Source: an uncultured Akkermansia sp.
GTDB taxonomy: Bacteria; Verrucomicrobiota; Verrucomicrobiia; Verrucomicrobiales; V1-33
Assembly: GCA_964523105.1 (NCBI GenBank)
Contig: CAZFZN010000018.1
Coordinates: 21,786 to 85,785, forward strand
Direction: 5' to 3'
DNA: 64,000 nt
Shown here: positions 8,185-20,400 of the stretch, piece after piece
Layout: every line of letters starts with the position of its first letter
Numbering within the stretch: the first letter of the stretch is position 1
Notes under the pieces: model-generated
The model's input: the letters and a program-made list of their open reading frames with translations, nothing else
What the model was told of the DNA's origin: nothing
Databases searched by the model: none
Translations under genes and position numbers: made by a program

Positions 8185-9393
8185 CTACTTCGTTTCCGAG
8201 CCCAGCGAAGGCACCGCCCCCACCGCCTTCCGCAGTGTTTCCAACTCCGTGTGAGTATAGCGGTCATTGATCGCCTTCGAGGCATGTCCGGTAAGCCGTT
8301 GCCGGAGTTCCTGCGACACCCCGGCATTGGCCATCGCCGAATTGAAGGAGTGGCGCAGTGAGTGGAATGTCAGCGAAGAGCGGTTCTTCCCTTTCGCTCC
8401 CCCCTTCTGAGTGACGGTTGCTTCGATTCCCGCGCTCTTCATGAGGGCCTTGAATCGCTCTGAAAGACCGTGGGCGCCGCCAATCTTCCGGGCTGTGGCG
8501 ACGGGAAAAACAGTAGCGGCGGCGGATTTGTCCGGGGCGCCATCCAGCCATTTGCGGAGCTCGGGATGAATGGGAATTTCGACAAATCGGCGGGTCTTGC
8601 GCTGGCCGAAAGCAAGGCTCATTCGCTTAAGGTCCACATTCTGCCAGCGCAGCGCCACCAGATCGCCAAGGCGCGCCCCCGTATAGTAACCGGCGAGGAT
8701 CAGTCCTTTCCAGTTTCGGTCGGCTACTCGAATGAGCTTCGCTACATCCTCGGGAGTGAACACGCCTTTCTCGATGGCGTCAGAACTTACCATCTCCACC
8801 GCTTCCGCCGGGTTGGTCTGGATTAGGCCCTGTCGGCGGGCAAGGTTGAGTGGTCCCCGCAAAATCTTGACCGCTATGTTGGCTGTCGCCGCTGCCCTCC
8901 CTTCCTTCAGCAGTTGATCGCGATACTTGCGGATGTCGGCTACCGAGAGCGCGGCGAGAGGCTGGCTGCGTTTGCCCGCGGGCAGGAACTTTAGAAATGA
9001 TTCGATTACGCCTTCGTAGCGTTCTGCGGTGCCTTTCGCCTTCGCCCCCTTCTTCTCCTCCACCCAGCCGCGCAGCCAGTCTTCGATGCTGGCATTGCGC
9101 AGGATTTCCCCCGTCGAGATTTCCATCATCTTGTTGATGAACCCCTGAGCGGATGATTCAGAAAGCATCCCGCGGGCCGCGAGGGTTGCTGCCTCCTCCA
9201 CCAGATGAAGCAGTCGGCGCTGCTTGTCATCGTCCGGGAGCGCCTTGCGCCCGCGTTTCTCCATCTCGGCTCCCGCCGCTACCGCTTCCGACTTGCTGGT
9301 CTTCTTGGTTGAGAGGTAGCGTCGCCTTCCCGCATTGTCGAAGTAGGAAACCCACCAGTAGGGCGAACCGGTTTTTCGGAAGATAGTAGCCAT
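8185..9393 (-). CDS. Tyrosine-type site-specific recombinase (phage/ICE integrase)
   Basis: 402 aa from ATG 9393 ('MATIFRKTGSPYWWVSYF'). The catalytic-region motifs 'GARLGDLVALRW', 'TFHSLRHSFNSAMA' and 'LTGHASKAINDRYTH' are present. The 141 extra upstream codons in the track ORF run through a tRNA fragment and are rejected. Confidence 0.9.
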   Translation of the reverse strand: MATIFRKTGSPYWWVSYFDNAGRRRYLSTKKTSKSEAVAAGAEMEKRGRKALPDDDKQRRLLHLVEEAATLAARGMLSESSAQGFINKMMEISTGEILRNASIEDWLRGWVEEKKGAKAKGTAERYEGVIESFLKFLPAGKRSQPLAALSVADIRKYRDQLLKEGRAAATANIAVKILRGPLNLARRQGLIQTNPAEAVEMVSSDAIEKGVFTPEDVAKLIRVADRNWKGLILAGYYTGARLGDLVALRWQNVDLKRMSLAFGQRKTRRFVEIPIHPELRKWLDGAPDKSAAATVFPVATARKIGGAHGLSERFKALMKSAGIEATVTQKGGAKGKNRSSLTFHSLRHSFNSAMANAGVSQELRQRLTGHASKAINDRYTHTELETLRKAVGAVPSLGSETK

Positions 9394-9410
9394 GAGTGCG
9401 TCGGGATTTT

Positions 9411-9463
9411 GGCAACAGTAGTGGCAACACTTGAGGATGTCACGGACGTTTTTTGATGTCACG
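9411..9463. promoter_or_regulatory. Short direct repeats between int and att core (candidate arm-type recombinase/RDF sites and int promoter)
   Basis: GGCAACA occurs at 9411-9417 and 9423-9429. GATGTCACG occurs at 9436-9444 and 9455-9463. Confidence 0.3.
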
Positions 9464-9499
9464 TTTCCCGAGAAATCACCAAAATGCAGGGAGGGGGAA

Positions 9500-9534
9500 T
9501 TGTAACACGGGTTCGATTCCCGTAGGGGTCGCCA
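9500..9534 (+). other. tRNA 3'-end fragment (T-arm + acceptor 3' strand + CCA) = putative att core / direct repeat of the integrative element
   Basis: T-stem ACGGG (9507-9511), loop TTCGATT, CCCGT (9519-9523), acceptor strand AGGGGTC, discriminator G and CCA (9532-9534). No matching 5' acceptor strand (GACCCCT), D-arm or anticodon arm lies upstream, so this is not a complete tRNA. Confidence 0.55.
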
Positions 9535-9640
9535 CTCCGGAAATCGAGGGTGAGGAATGCGGCGCGGAGCGCTGAAAAAAGAGCGTGCCTTTTCGGAGTC
9601 TGCCGCTATGACACCCGGCAGCCAAACCTGACCGCTCCGC

Positions 9641-11233
9641 ATGTCCAGATTCCTCCGCCTCGCCGCTGTTCTGCTTCTCTGTCTTTCCGCTTCATCCGCG
9701 CAGGTGGCGCCGCCGGCTCCGGCGCCGCAGAGTGCCCCGGCGGAGAGTGCCCCTGCAGCCGCTGCGACTGTCCCTGACGAAGGGCGGGTGGACAAGAAAA
9801 TCGACGCGCTGTTCAAGCCGCTGGCGGATTTTGCCGGCGAGACGATTTTGCGGCCGGTGAATGTGGCGGGGGTGCAGGTGCCGTGGGTGGTCTTCTGGCT
9901 GGCGGCGGCGGGTTTGTTTCTGACGGTTTATTTCCGGTTCGTGAATGTGCGGTCCTTCCCGCTGGCGATGCGGACGGTGCAGGGAAAATACTCGAAGCCG
10001 ACGGATCCGGGCGAGGTCACGCACTTTCAGGCCTTGAGTGCGGCGGTTTCCGGCACGGTGGGACTGGGGAACATCGCCGGGGTGGCCATCGGTGTCGCCA
10101 ATGGCGGCCCGGGGGTCATTTTCTGGCTGTTTCTGAGCGGATTCATCGGCATGACCACCAAATTTGCCGAGTGCACCCTGGGGGTAAAGTACCGGGAGAT
10201 CGCGAAAGACGGCACGGTGCACGGCGGCCCGATGTATTATCTCAAGAAGGGCTTCCACGAGCGCGGGCGTGCCAATCTCGGTGCGGGTCTGGCATTTTTC
10301 TTCGCGGTATGCTGCGTCTTCGCTTCCTTTGGCGGCGGCAATATCTTCCAGGTGAATCAGACCGTGGCGCAGCTCATCGAGATCACGGGCGGCGAGGGGA
10401 CCTTTTTCTACCGGAACGGCTACGTCGCGGGACTGGTGATGGCGGTGCTCACGGGACTGGTGATCATTGGCGGCATCAAGGGGATCGCGAAGGTCACGGG
10501 CCGGCTCGTGCCCGCCATGTGCCTCATTTATGTGATCTCGAGCCTGCTCGTGCTGGTGGTCAACATCACTGAGATTCCCGCCGCCATCGGGTTGATCGTG
10601 TCGGAGGCCTTCACGTGGAAGGCGGGAACGACCGGCGGCCTGCTGGTGGCGTTCATTTGGGGCATGCGCCGCGCCACCTTCAGCAACGAGGCTGGAATCG
10701 GCTCCGCGCCCATTGCGCACGCGGCGGTGAAGACCTCGAAGCCGGCCAGTGAGGGCGTGGTGGCCCTGCTGGAGCCGTTTGTGGATACCGTCGTCATTTG
10801 CACCATGACGGGGCTGGTGCTCATTGTGACGGGGAATCTCACGCCGCCCGCCGGAGAATTCGCCAACCCCGGCGTCACGATGGCTTCCAATGCCTTCAGC
10901 ACGCTGCACGGGTCGTTCAAGTATATCCTCTTCCTCAGCGTCTTCCTGTTCGCCTTCTCGACGCTCATCACGTGGAGCTATTACGGGCTGCAGGCATGGC
11001 AGTATGTCTTCGGGCGCAGCAAAGCCGCCGCGTGGACTTACAAGCTGATCTTCCTTGCCTTCATCGTCGTCGGCTCCGCCGCCTCACTGGGCAATGCGGT
11101 GGACTTTTCCGACGCCTCGCTCTTCGCCATGAGCATTCCGAATCTCATCGGCGTGTATTTTCTGCTGCCGGTGATCAAGCGTGAGTATCACGACTTCCTG
11201 GAGCACGCGAAGCGGATCGACCACGCGGGCTGA
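9641..11233 (+). CDS. agcS: Alanine/glycine:cation symporter (AGCS family)
   Basis: AGCS hallmark stretches 'QALSAAVSGTVGLGNIAGVAIGVANGGPGVIFWLFLSGFIGMTTKFAECTLGVKYRE' and 'GMRRATFSNEAGIGSAPIAHAAVKT'. The protein is multi-TM throughout. Confidence 0.9.
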   Translation: MSRFLRLAAVLLLCLSASSAQVAPPAPAPQSAPAESAPAAAATVPDEGRVDKKIDALFKPLADFAGETILRPVNVAGVQVPWVVFWLAAAGLFLTVYFRFVNVRSFPLAMRTVQGKYSKPTDPGEVTHFQALSAAVSGTVGLGNIAGVAIGVANGGPGVIFWLFLSGFIGMTTKFAECTLGVKYREIAKDGTVHGGPMYYLKKGFHERGRANLGAGLAFFFAVCCVFASFGGGNIFQVNQTVAQLIEITGGEGTFFYRNGYVAGLVMAVLTGLVIIGGIKGIAKVTGRLVPAMCLIYVISSLLVLVVNITEIPAAIGLIVSEAFTWKAGTTGGLLVAFIWGMRRATFSNEAGIGSAPIAHAAVKTSKPASEGVVALLEPFVDTVVICTMTGLVLIVTGNLTPPAGEFANPGVTMASNAFSTLHGSFKYILFLSVFLFAFSTLITWSYYGLQAWQYVFGRSKAAAWTYKLIFLAFIVVGSAASLGNAVDFSDASLFAMSIPNLIGVYFLLPVIKREYHDFLEHAKRIDHAG

Positions 11234-11436
11234 TCCTGACTTTGCCCACGGCACGCCAGCGGTTCCGGCCGCCCGCCGCGGCCTCCCGAACCGCAGGACG
11301 AGGATGGGAGTCCGGTACGCAGGACCGGCCGCTCGGTATCCGCACTTTTTCCCTGGATGGCCCCGTCATGGTCTTTTAAGCCAAGCCCACGCACTCTCAC
11401 TGCGTCACCACTCCGCCCCCCTTTCATAGTGCTGTT

Positions 11437-14400
11437 ATGACTCTCACCACCGCGATTCGCCGTGCCCTGATTCCGCTGTCCACCTGTCTTCCACTGCTCG
11501 CCGCGCCGGTGGCGGTGGACGATGTTTATACCACTTTGGAGGATACTCCGGCTTCGCCTGAGGGGCCGCCGCTGCTGAGCGTGAACTTTGACGCCGGGGC
11601 CGACGGGTTCACCTACGCGGACAACACCTTCGGGACCAACGCGGGAAACAACGCCGCAGGCAGCCATGAGGCATCCGGAGGATTTGGCAGCTCCGGCGGC
11701 CTTGAGGTGACGGTCGGAAACCGGCCCCCCAACAACAGCGGCGGAGGGCGGCAGTCGTCCGGCGGCTGGCAGCGCACGTTCAATCTCGATGCGGCGGGCA
11801 CGCTGCAGTTCTCCGGCCGCTACCGCCTTCAAACGCTGGGCGGCATGGAGGACAACGAATACGGGGACTTCATTCTCGACGTGGATGGCACCCGCTACGG
11901 TCCCGAGGGCACGGCACCGGCCCTGCGCATCGCCCGCCTGCTGGGCCCGAATGAGGAAAACTCCGGCAACAGCGCCGAGTCCGACAGCGGCTGGCAAACT
12001 TTCGCCCTGAGCATTCCGCTGACCGCCGGCAGCCATACCCTGACGCTCGGCGTTTACAACAATTCCTCGACGGCATTTGGCGAAGTCGTGCAATTGAACC
12101 TGGACGATGTCGTCATCGGGCCGCCGCCGGGCAGCGGCTCGGTGTTGTTCAACGACACCGGCGGCACCGGGACGGTCACGGCGACGCGACTGACCAGCCC
12201 GGCCAACGGAGTGCTCACGTTCGGCGCGAACGGCAACTTCACCTACACGCCCGTGCTGAACTGGAGCGGCACCGATTCCTTCACCTACCGCGCTTCGGAC
12301 AGCACCGGCGCCAGCAACCCCGCTACGGTGACCATTAACGTCACTCCGGTGAATGATGCACCCGCGGGTGGCACTGACAATTACTCGACGGCGGAGGACA
12401 CCCCGCTCACGGTGACGGCTCCCGGAGTGCTCGCGAATGACACGGATGTGGACAGCGCCGTCCTCACCGCCGTGAACGTGACCCAGCCCGCCAACGGCAC
12501 GGTGACACTCAATTCCAGCGGCTCCTTCACCTACACTCCCAACTCAAATCATGAAGGCGTCGATGCCTTCACCTATCAGGTCAGCGACGGGGCGCTGGAA
12601 AGCCCGCCGGTTACGGTGAACCTGACAGTGACCGGCGTCCCGGATGCGCCGGAGACGGCGGACGACACGTATTACACTCCCTCGGGCAGCGCGCTCATCG
12701 TCAATCAGGCGTCGCAGCCGGCCGGCTCGAACGTCACCTTCATCATCGCCGCCCCTGACACTCCCTCCGGCGGCACCGCGCAGCCGGGCGACCCTTGGAA
12801 ATACCTCGACAACGGCACGGACCAGGGCACGGCATGGCAGGCACTCGAATTTGACGACAGCACGTGGAGAACCGGGCGCGGCGAACTGGGCTACGGCGAC
12901 GCCGACGGCGAGAACCGGCCGGAGTTTACCGTGATCGAGGACAATCCGGTGCCGGGTTACACCTCGAATGCCAGCGACCGCTACATCACCACCTACTTCC
13001 GCAAGGTCTTCGAAGTGGAGGACTTCCGCCGCATTTCCGGCCTCACCATGAGCCTGCTGCGCGATGACGGCGCCGTGGTCTGGCTCAACGGCAACCGCGT
13101 CTTCTGGGAGAATGGCCTGAACAACGCCACCTACCAAACCCTCACCAGCGGCAGCATCGGCAACGAAGCCACGCACGAATCGATCCCGCTCACCGGTGCC
13201 GAGCAGTACCTGCGGGACGGCGAAAACGTCCTGGCGGTGGAAATCCACCAGCAGTCCACCAGCAGCTCGGACATGAGTTTCGATCTCGGGCTGACCGCGC
13301 TGGACCGGCCCTACGGCGGCGTTCTGGCCAATGACAGCGATCCGGAGGGCCAGCCGATGACCGCCGCCGTGGTGCAGCAGCCGGCGCACGGCACGCTCAC
13401 CTTCAATGCCAACGGCACGTTCACCTACAACGCCGCCGCCGGCTTCCAGGGCACGGACACCTTCACCTACACCGCCAGCGACGGCAGCCTGACATCTCCG
13501 CCGGCCACGGTCACCATCACCGTCGGCCCGCCCTTCAATCAGCCGCCCGTCGCCGCACCCAACACTTACAATGGCACGGAGGACACCGTGCTCACCGTGG
13601 CGGCGGCGAACGGCGTGCTCGCCAATGACGCGGATCCCGAAAGCCAGCCGCTCACCGCGGTGCTCGTTTCCCAGTCGGCCAACGGCACGGTCGCGCTCGC
13701 ACCGGACGGCTCGTTCACGTTCACTCCGGCTGCCGACTGGAACGGTGCCACCACATTCACCTACCGCGCCAGCGACGGCCTGAAGCTTTCGCCCATCACC
13801 ACTGTCACGCTCAATTTCGCGGCCGTGCCGGATGTGCCCGTGGCCGTGGAGGATGTCTATCGCACCAGCACCGGCACTCCGCTGGTGGTCAGCAGTGTCT
13901 CCCCCGGCACCACCAGCCCGGTTACACTGATCGTGGCCGCCCCGGAAACGACCGGCGGCGTGGCGCAGCCGGGCGACACATGGCGCTATCTCGACAACGG
14001 CACCGATCAGGGCACGGCGTGGCAGGCGATCGATTTCAACGACTCCGGCTGGAAAGAGGGCGCCGGCGAACTTGGCTATGGTGATGAAAGCGACAACCGT
14101 CCGGAGATCACCGTCATCGAGGACGACGACACGCCGGGCTACAGCTCCTCCAGCAACCGCTACATCACCTATTATTTCCGGAAATCCTTCTCCATCGCGG
14201 ACCGGCTGCGCGTTTCCAATCTCAGCATGTCGTTGCTGCGGGATGACGGAGCCGTGGTGTATCTCAACGGCAACCGGCTCCACGCCGACGGCTCCCTCGC
14301 GACCGCCAGTCCCCTGACGTATCTGACGCCGGCGGACAACACTTCCAACGAATCCACGCACGAACTCATCCCGCTGCCCAATGCGGCGCAGCATTTGGTG

Positions 14401-17400
14401 GACGGCCTCAATGTGCTCGCGGTGGAGGTGCACCAGAACAATTCGACGAGTTCGGATGTCAGTTTCGACCTCGGCCTTGTCGCCGAGGAGGCGGGATACG
14501 GCGGGGTGCTGCACAACGACCGCGACCCCGAGGGCAATTCGTTCACCGCATCCCTCGTCACCCCGCCGGCGAACGGCACGCTCTCCCTCGCGCCTAACGG
14601 GACGTTCACCTACACGCCCACTCCGGGTTATCGCGGTACGGATACCTTCACCTACCGTGCCGTGGACGCCACCGGGCCCTCCGCGCCGGCCACGGTTTCC
14701 ATCATCGTCAGCAGCGGCGTGAATCAACGGCCCGCCGCCGCCGCCGATGCCTACTCCCCGGTGGAGGACGCGACGTTCACCCGCAGCGCCGCTCAGGGCG
14801 TGCTCGCCAACGATACCGATCCCGATGGCGACGCGCTCAGCGCTGTGCTCGTGACCAGCACATCCAACGGCAGCCTGACACTCAATGCCGACGGCTCGTT
14901 CACCTACCTCGCCTCGCCCAACTACAGCGGGCCTGACAGTTTCACCTACCGGGCGCGCGACAGCGGCAACCTTTACAGCGACGCCGTCGTGGTGAGCCTG
15001 ACGGTCACTCCCGCCAACGATCCGCCGGATGCCGCCGGCGAAACCTATGGCACCGATCCCGGGCAGACCCTCAACGTTCCGATCGGTCAGGGCGTGCTGA
15101 TCAACGATTCGGACATCGACGGCGACAACCTCACCGCGCAACTCGTCGCGCCGCCGGCCTCCGGCACGCTCAATCTCAGCGCGAACGGTGCCTTCGTTTA
15201 TACGCCTGCCGCTGCGGGCACGTTCACTTTCACCTACGCCGCCTTCGACGGCACGGTCCAGTCCGCGCCCGCCACCGTGACGCTTATCGTCAACGGCCGG
15301 CCCGTCGCCGCGGCGGACAGCTATACGACCGATGAAGACGCGCCGCTCTCGCGCAACGCCCCCGGCGTGCTCGGCAATGACACCGATCCGGAAAACGAAC
15401 CGCTCAGTGCGGACCTGATCACGCCGCCGGCCAGCGGCACGCTCGACTTCACCGCCGGCGGCTCCTTCACCTACACGCCGAACGCCAACTACTTCGGCAG
15501 CGACAGCTTCACTTATACCGTGACCGACGGGAAGCGCACCTCGCTGCCGGCGACGGTCTCGATCACCGTGACCGCCGTGAATGATGTCCCGGTGGCCGGC
15601 GCGGACAACTACGGCGTGCTCAAGGACACGCCGCTCACCATTTCCGCCGCCAACGGCGTGCTCCGGAATGACACCGACGTGGACAGCCCCGCACTCACCG
15701 CCACACTCGTGCAAACGACTTCCAGCGGCGCGCTCACGCTCAACAGCGACGGCTCCTTCAATTACACGCCGAATTCCGGCTACACCGGTCCTGACACTTT
15801 CATCTACCGGGCCGGCGACGGCGCGCTGCAAAGCACGGACACCACTGTCACGCTGAATGTCGCCGAAGTGGTGGAGACCGTGCTCATCAGCGAAATCATG
15901 TTCAATCCGACCAACGGAGTGGCGGCGCAGGAGTATATTGAGCTGCTCAATTACGGCAGCGTGGCGGTGGACCTCGGCGGCTGGAAATTCGATGCCGGCG
16001 TCAACTACATCTTCCCGTCGCCGACGCCGCTCCCGGCGGGCGGGCGCATCGTGGTGCCGGCTGACCCCGCTGCTTTCGATGCGCGCTGGCCGGGCGTCAA
16101 CAACCGCACGTCCACCGGCTGGGCCGCCGGCGGCAGCTCTCTCAGCAACAGCGGCGAGCGAATCCGGCTGGAGCGCCCGGACTTCACGCAGCCCGGTGAG
16201 TTCATCAGCGTCAATGAAATCGAATACAGCGACGAAGGCGACTGGGCGGTGCGCCGGGTGGAGACGGTGGGCAACAACACCGGCTGGCGCTGGAACAGCG
16301 GCGCCGACGGCGGCGGCCAGTCACTGCAGCTCCGCACGCTGCAAATCAGCAACGAATACGGCCACAACTGGATGTCCGCCGATCCCACGCCCGGCGCGGC
16401 CAACACCGCGGCGGCCGCGACGAATCTCGCTCCCGTCATCCTCGACGTCAAACATTCCCCCGCGGTGCCCGGCCCCGCGCAGCAGGTCCATATCACCTGC
16501 GAACTCGTGGACGAAAATACCGCCGGCCTCAGCGCCACGGCCTACTGGCGGCTCGCCGTTTCCAATCCGGCGGCCTTCGCGGCTGCTCCCATGTTCGATG
16601 ACGGACTGCACAACGACGGAGCGGCCGGCGACGGCACATTCGGCGCCGCCCTGCCCGCCCAGACCGCCGGGAGCATCGTGGAATTCTATGTCACGGCCAC
16701 CGACGGCGCGGAATCCCGCTCGTGGCCTGCCCCCGCTCTCAGCGCCGGCGGCAATCCGCTCAGTCAGGCCGCCTCCGCCAATTGTTTCTACCAGGTCGAT
16801 CCCGAAGCATGGGCCGGGGACCAGCCGATCTACCGGCTTATCATGTCGCGTCCGGAGGGCGATGCCTTCGTCTCCACCGACTACGATCGCGGCGAAGGCA
16901 GCGACACTGACAAGAACGTGACCGTCATTTTCGGTCAGGGTGAGGACATGGACATCCGGTATCAGGGCGGCGTGCGCTATCGCGGCGCCGGCAGCCGCGG
17001 CAGCTATCGCCCTCACAACTGGAAGCTCAACCTCCCGCACGACCGGCCGTGGCAGGACTGGAGCAACTTCAATCTGAACTCCCTTTCCTCGCACGTGCTC
17101 GTCCTCGGCAGCCGCCTCATGCAGGGCGCAGGGCTGGCCACGGAGATCGGCACCGCCACCGCCGTGCGCTTCAACGGAGAAAACCGCATGGTCACGGGCA
17201 ATCCCAGCGGCGTCGCCGTTTACGGGCTTTATTCCCACCAGACGCCCATGGGCAGCGAGTGGGCGGACCTCGCCTTTCCCGCGGATCCCGGCGGAAATAT
17301 CTACAAGAAGGGCCGCGGCGGCAGCGCCGGCTGGCGGCTCCGTGAATCCTCGCCCGGCGTGCCCAACATCTCCGGCTACCAGAACGATGCATGGTTCAAG

Positions 17401-20400
17401 GAAACCAATGTCACGGAAAACGACTGGACCGATCTGAATGACTTCATCCGCACCATGCGTCAGGCGACGAGCAACGCCGTCAATCCGCCGTCATTCGATT
17501 TCGATCTCGCCTCCACCGTGGCCGACCTCGAGCAGTGGGCGCGCTGGTGGGCTTTCTGCGTCATCATCAATCACCGCGAAACCAATCTGAGCAACGGGGT
17601 GGACGACGACTACTCGATCTACATTCGCAAGTCCGACCGCAAAACGATGCTGCTGGCGCATGACTTCGACACCACCTTCGGCGCCGGCGACACCTCCTCG
17701 TCGCCCGCCGCCACCATCTGGCAGGCCTACGATACCTCGTTTGTCAGTGAAAAGAGCTTCACGTCGGCCGGGCTCGACATCCCGCGCGCCATGTTCTACA
17801 ACAACCGGTTCGTGCGGCGCTTCAAATGGCATCTGCGGGATTTGCTGAACACGGTTTTCAGTCAGGCCAACTTCGACGCCGTCGTGGAGAGCGCGCTCGG
17901 CGCCACCACGGGTTCCGGCCCCTGGGTGCCGCAGAGTGAACGCGACCGGCTCCGGTCGTTCATGAACTCCCGGCGGAATTACATCCTGACGCAACTGCCG
18001 TCAGCATTCACCGCGGTCACCAATCTGCCGGTGAGCAACGGATTCCCGACCACCACCTCCGCGAACGACACCGGGATGAGCGGCTTCCTCGACGGCGCCA
18101 TCACCGATCGCGTGCTGATCAACGGAGTGCCCGCGTCCGTGAACAACCACGACAACACATGGACCGCCGCCGGCGTGGCCGCGGGACTGCTGCCGGGCAT
18201 CAATACGGTCAATGTCACCGCCCTCGATGCCGCCGGTGCCGTCGTCGGGAGCCGCACCCTGGTCATCCATTTTGACGACGGCAGCACTGCGGCGAAGGAC
18301 GGCAGCCTCGCGGCGGACGAAATCTGGTCGGCGGCCGGCGGTCCCTATCTTATCAGCACCGGCGTCACCGTCCCGTCCGGCGTTACCCTGACCATTCAGC
18401 CGGGAGCCAGCGTTTATCTCGCCGCGGGTGCCGGTCTGACGGTGAACCCGGGCGGACGGCTCGTGGCGGAGGGCACTCCGGACCGGCTGATCCGCTTCAC
18501 GCGGCCGCCTGGCACCGCGGGCACGTGGGGCGGCATCACAGCCGCCGGTTCGCCGGAGGTGCGGCTGAGCGACGCAGTCATTGAATTCAACGACAGCACC
18601 GCCATTTCCCTCACCGGCGGAAGCACAGGCGTTCTGGAGCGCCTGACATTTCTGAATGGCGCGCGGGCCTCGCTTCAGCTCGACGCCAGTTCATGGACGG
18701 TGAGCCGTTGTTCCTTTCCCGCCATGACGGCCGGCTCGTCCTTCACCACGGTGAACGGAAACGGCATCGCGGCGGGCGGGCAGGGAGTGATTCGCGACTG
18801 CAGCTTCGGTGCGGTCAGCGGCAACAACGACGTGATCCGCTTTTCCAACTGCCACCGCCCCGGCCCGGTGCTGCGCGTGCTGAACTGTGAGTTCGCCGGA
18901 TCGGGGGACGACCTCATCGAGCTTCGCAGCGCCGATGCATGGATCGAGGGCAACGTCTTCGCGCACGTGCACAAGGCGGGCACGGACAGCGCCGCGGCGG
19001 TCGTCGCCGGCGACTCCGGCTCCGGAAAGAGCGAGGTCACATTCGTGAGGAATTTCGTTTACGACTGTGATATCGCCGTGACCGCGAAGGAAGGCAGCTC
19101 CGCCGCCCTGCTGTACAATACGATCGCTAACATCACGAAGACCGGCGGATCGGAAACACAGAGCGCTGTGCTCAATCTGGCGGATACGCTCGACGGAACC
19201 CAAACCGGCGCGGGCGCGGTGCTCACCGGAAACGTGATCGCCGTCGCGGAAGGACTGACGCGGCAGTATCAAGGCGCGCTCAGCAGCGTGACCTTCTCCG
19301 GCAACATTTTGCCGGCTGCCTGGAGCGGTCCGGGTTCCGGAAATGTCGTGGTGGCGGATGCCCTGCTCAATCTTGCGGGCATCACGACTCCGGCGACCGC
19401 CACAGCCGCGCAGATCCGGACGGCGCTCGCTCCGCAACTCTGCTCGCCCGCCGCCGGCTCCGGCATCGCGGGCGGGGACCTCGGGGCCACCTTGCCTCCG
19501 GGAATTGCCGCCGGCGGATTGCCGCCGCTCACCACCGCCCTGGACAGCGCCTCGATTCAGCCGGGACCGGCGGGAGTCTTTGCCGCGCCGGCATGGAACT
19601 TCGGCTATACGCACTACCGCTGGTCGTCCAACGGCACGACGTGGAGCGCCGATACTCCCGTCTCCACGCCGCTCGCCCTGACAGGATTGTCCTCCGGATT
19701 GCAAACGCTGTACCTCCTCGGCAGAGAGGACAGCGGTGTCTGGCAAACGGTCCCGACCGTGGTCACATGGAATGTGAACACAGCCCTGCCGCCGGTGATG
19801 CTGTCAGAGGTTCTCGCGTCCAATCTCTCCGCCTATCCGCTCGGTGCGACCCGGCCCGATGTCATCGAACTCCACAACTACGGGCCTGCCGGCGTCAGCC
19901 TGGCCGGCTTTGGCCTGACCGATGAGTCGGACACGCCGTTCAAGTTCACCTTCCCGTCCGGAGTCGTCATTCCCGCCGGCGGCTATCTGCTGGTCATGGC
20001 CGACAGCCTGCCTCCGCAGAGTGGCGAACTGCACACCGGATTCGGGCTCGATGCCGGCGGCGAAATCATCAGCCTGACCACTCCCGCCGGAGTGCTCGCG
20101 GACCGCGTTACCTTCGGTCCGCAGATCGCCGACCGCAGCGTGGCCCGCACCGGCGTCCGCCTCGGATGGAGCCTGGCCACGTTCACTCCCGCCGCGGCCA
20201 ATGCCGCCGTCTGCGATCTCGGTCCGCCTTCCGGACTGCGCCTCAACGAGTGGCTGGCCACGAACGACTTCATCGTCGAGGACGACTTCGTCGAAATCTA
20301 CAACCCGTCTCCGAAGCCGGTGAATCTGAGCGGCATGATGCTCACGGACAATTTCATGAGCCTCAACGCCCTTCACGCGATGGGGGACTCGGCGGTGCAT

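Larger units (their letters stand above)
1..9534. mobile_element. Integrative (possibly mobilisable/conjugative) element, right-hand portion; left end outside the window
   Basis: A tyrosine integrase sits beside a tRNA 3'-fragment. The element also carries a Toprim primase-like gene, plasmid-type small genes and a T4CP-like ATPase. Housekeeping-type genes start immediately to the right of the fragment. Confidence 0.6.

Noticed and set aside
9500-9534. Complete tRNA or tmRNA gene next to the integrase.
   Set aside because: No 5' acceptor strand complementary to AGGGGTC, D-arm or anticodon arm lies within 100 nt upstream. The acceptor lacks the G3:U70/ACCA features expected of tmRNA. It is interpreted as an att remnant instead.
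9535-9640. Glycine riboswitch upstream of the alanine/glycine symporter.
   Set aside because: I looked for the conserved GGAGAG...CACCGAAGGGGCAA-type cores and did not find them. Only a generic long-range pairing is present (GCGGAGCG 9563-9570 with CGCTCCGC ~9632-9639). An Infernal scan would settle it.
9394-9816. N-terminal 141-codon extension of the integrase ORF given by the track.
   Set aside because: It reads through the tRNA fragment and the agcS promoter region. The integrase family typically starts near 'M..IF.R.GS..WW..Y', and an ATG at 9393 fits.
12544-15831. 1095-aa ORF antisense to the giant surface-protein gene.
   Set aside because: The translation is Arg/Gly/Ala/His/Val low-complexity with no motif. 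The sense frame has clear periodic cadherin-like repeats. Long stop-free antisense frames are expected at this GC content.
12130-15860. Regular ~290-bp periodicity that might suggest a repeat array or CRISPR.
   Set aside because: The period is far too long, there is no short conserved direct repeat with unique spacers, and the region is one continuous ORF. It is a protein domain array.
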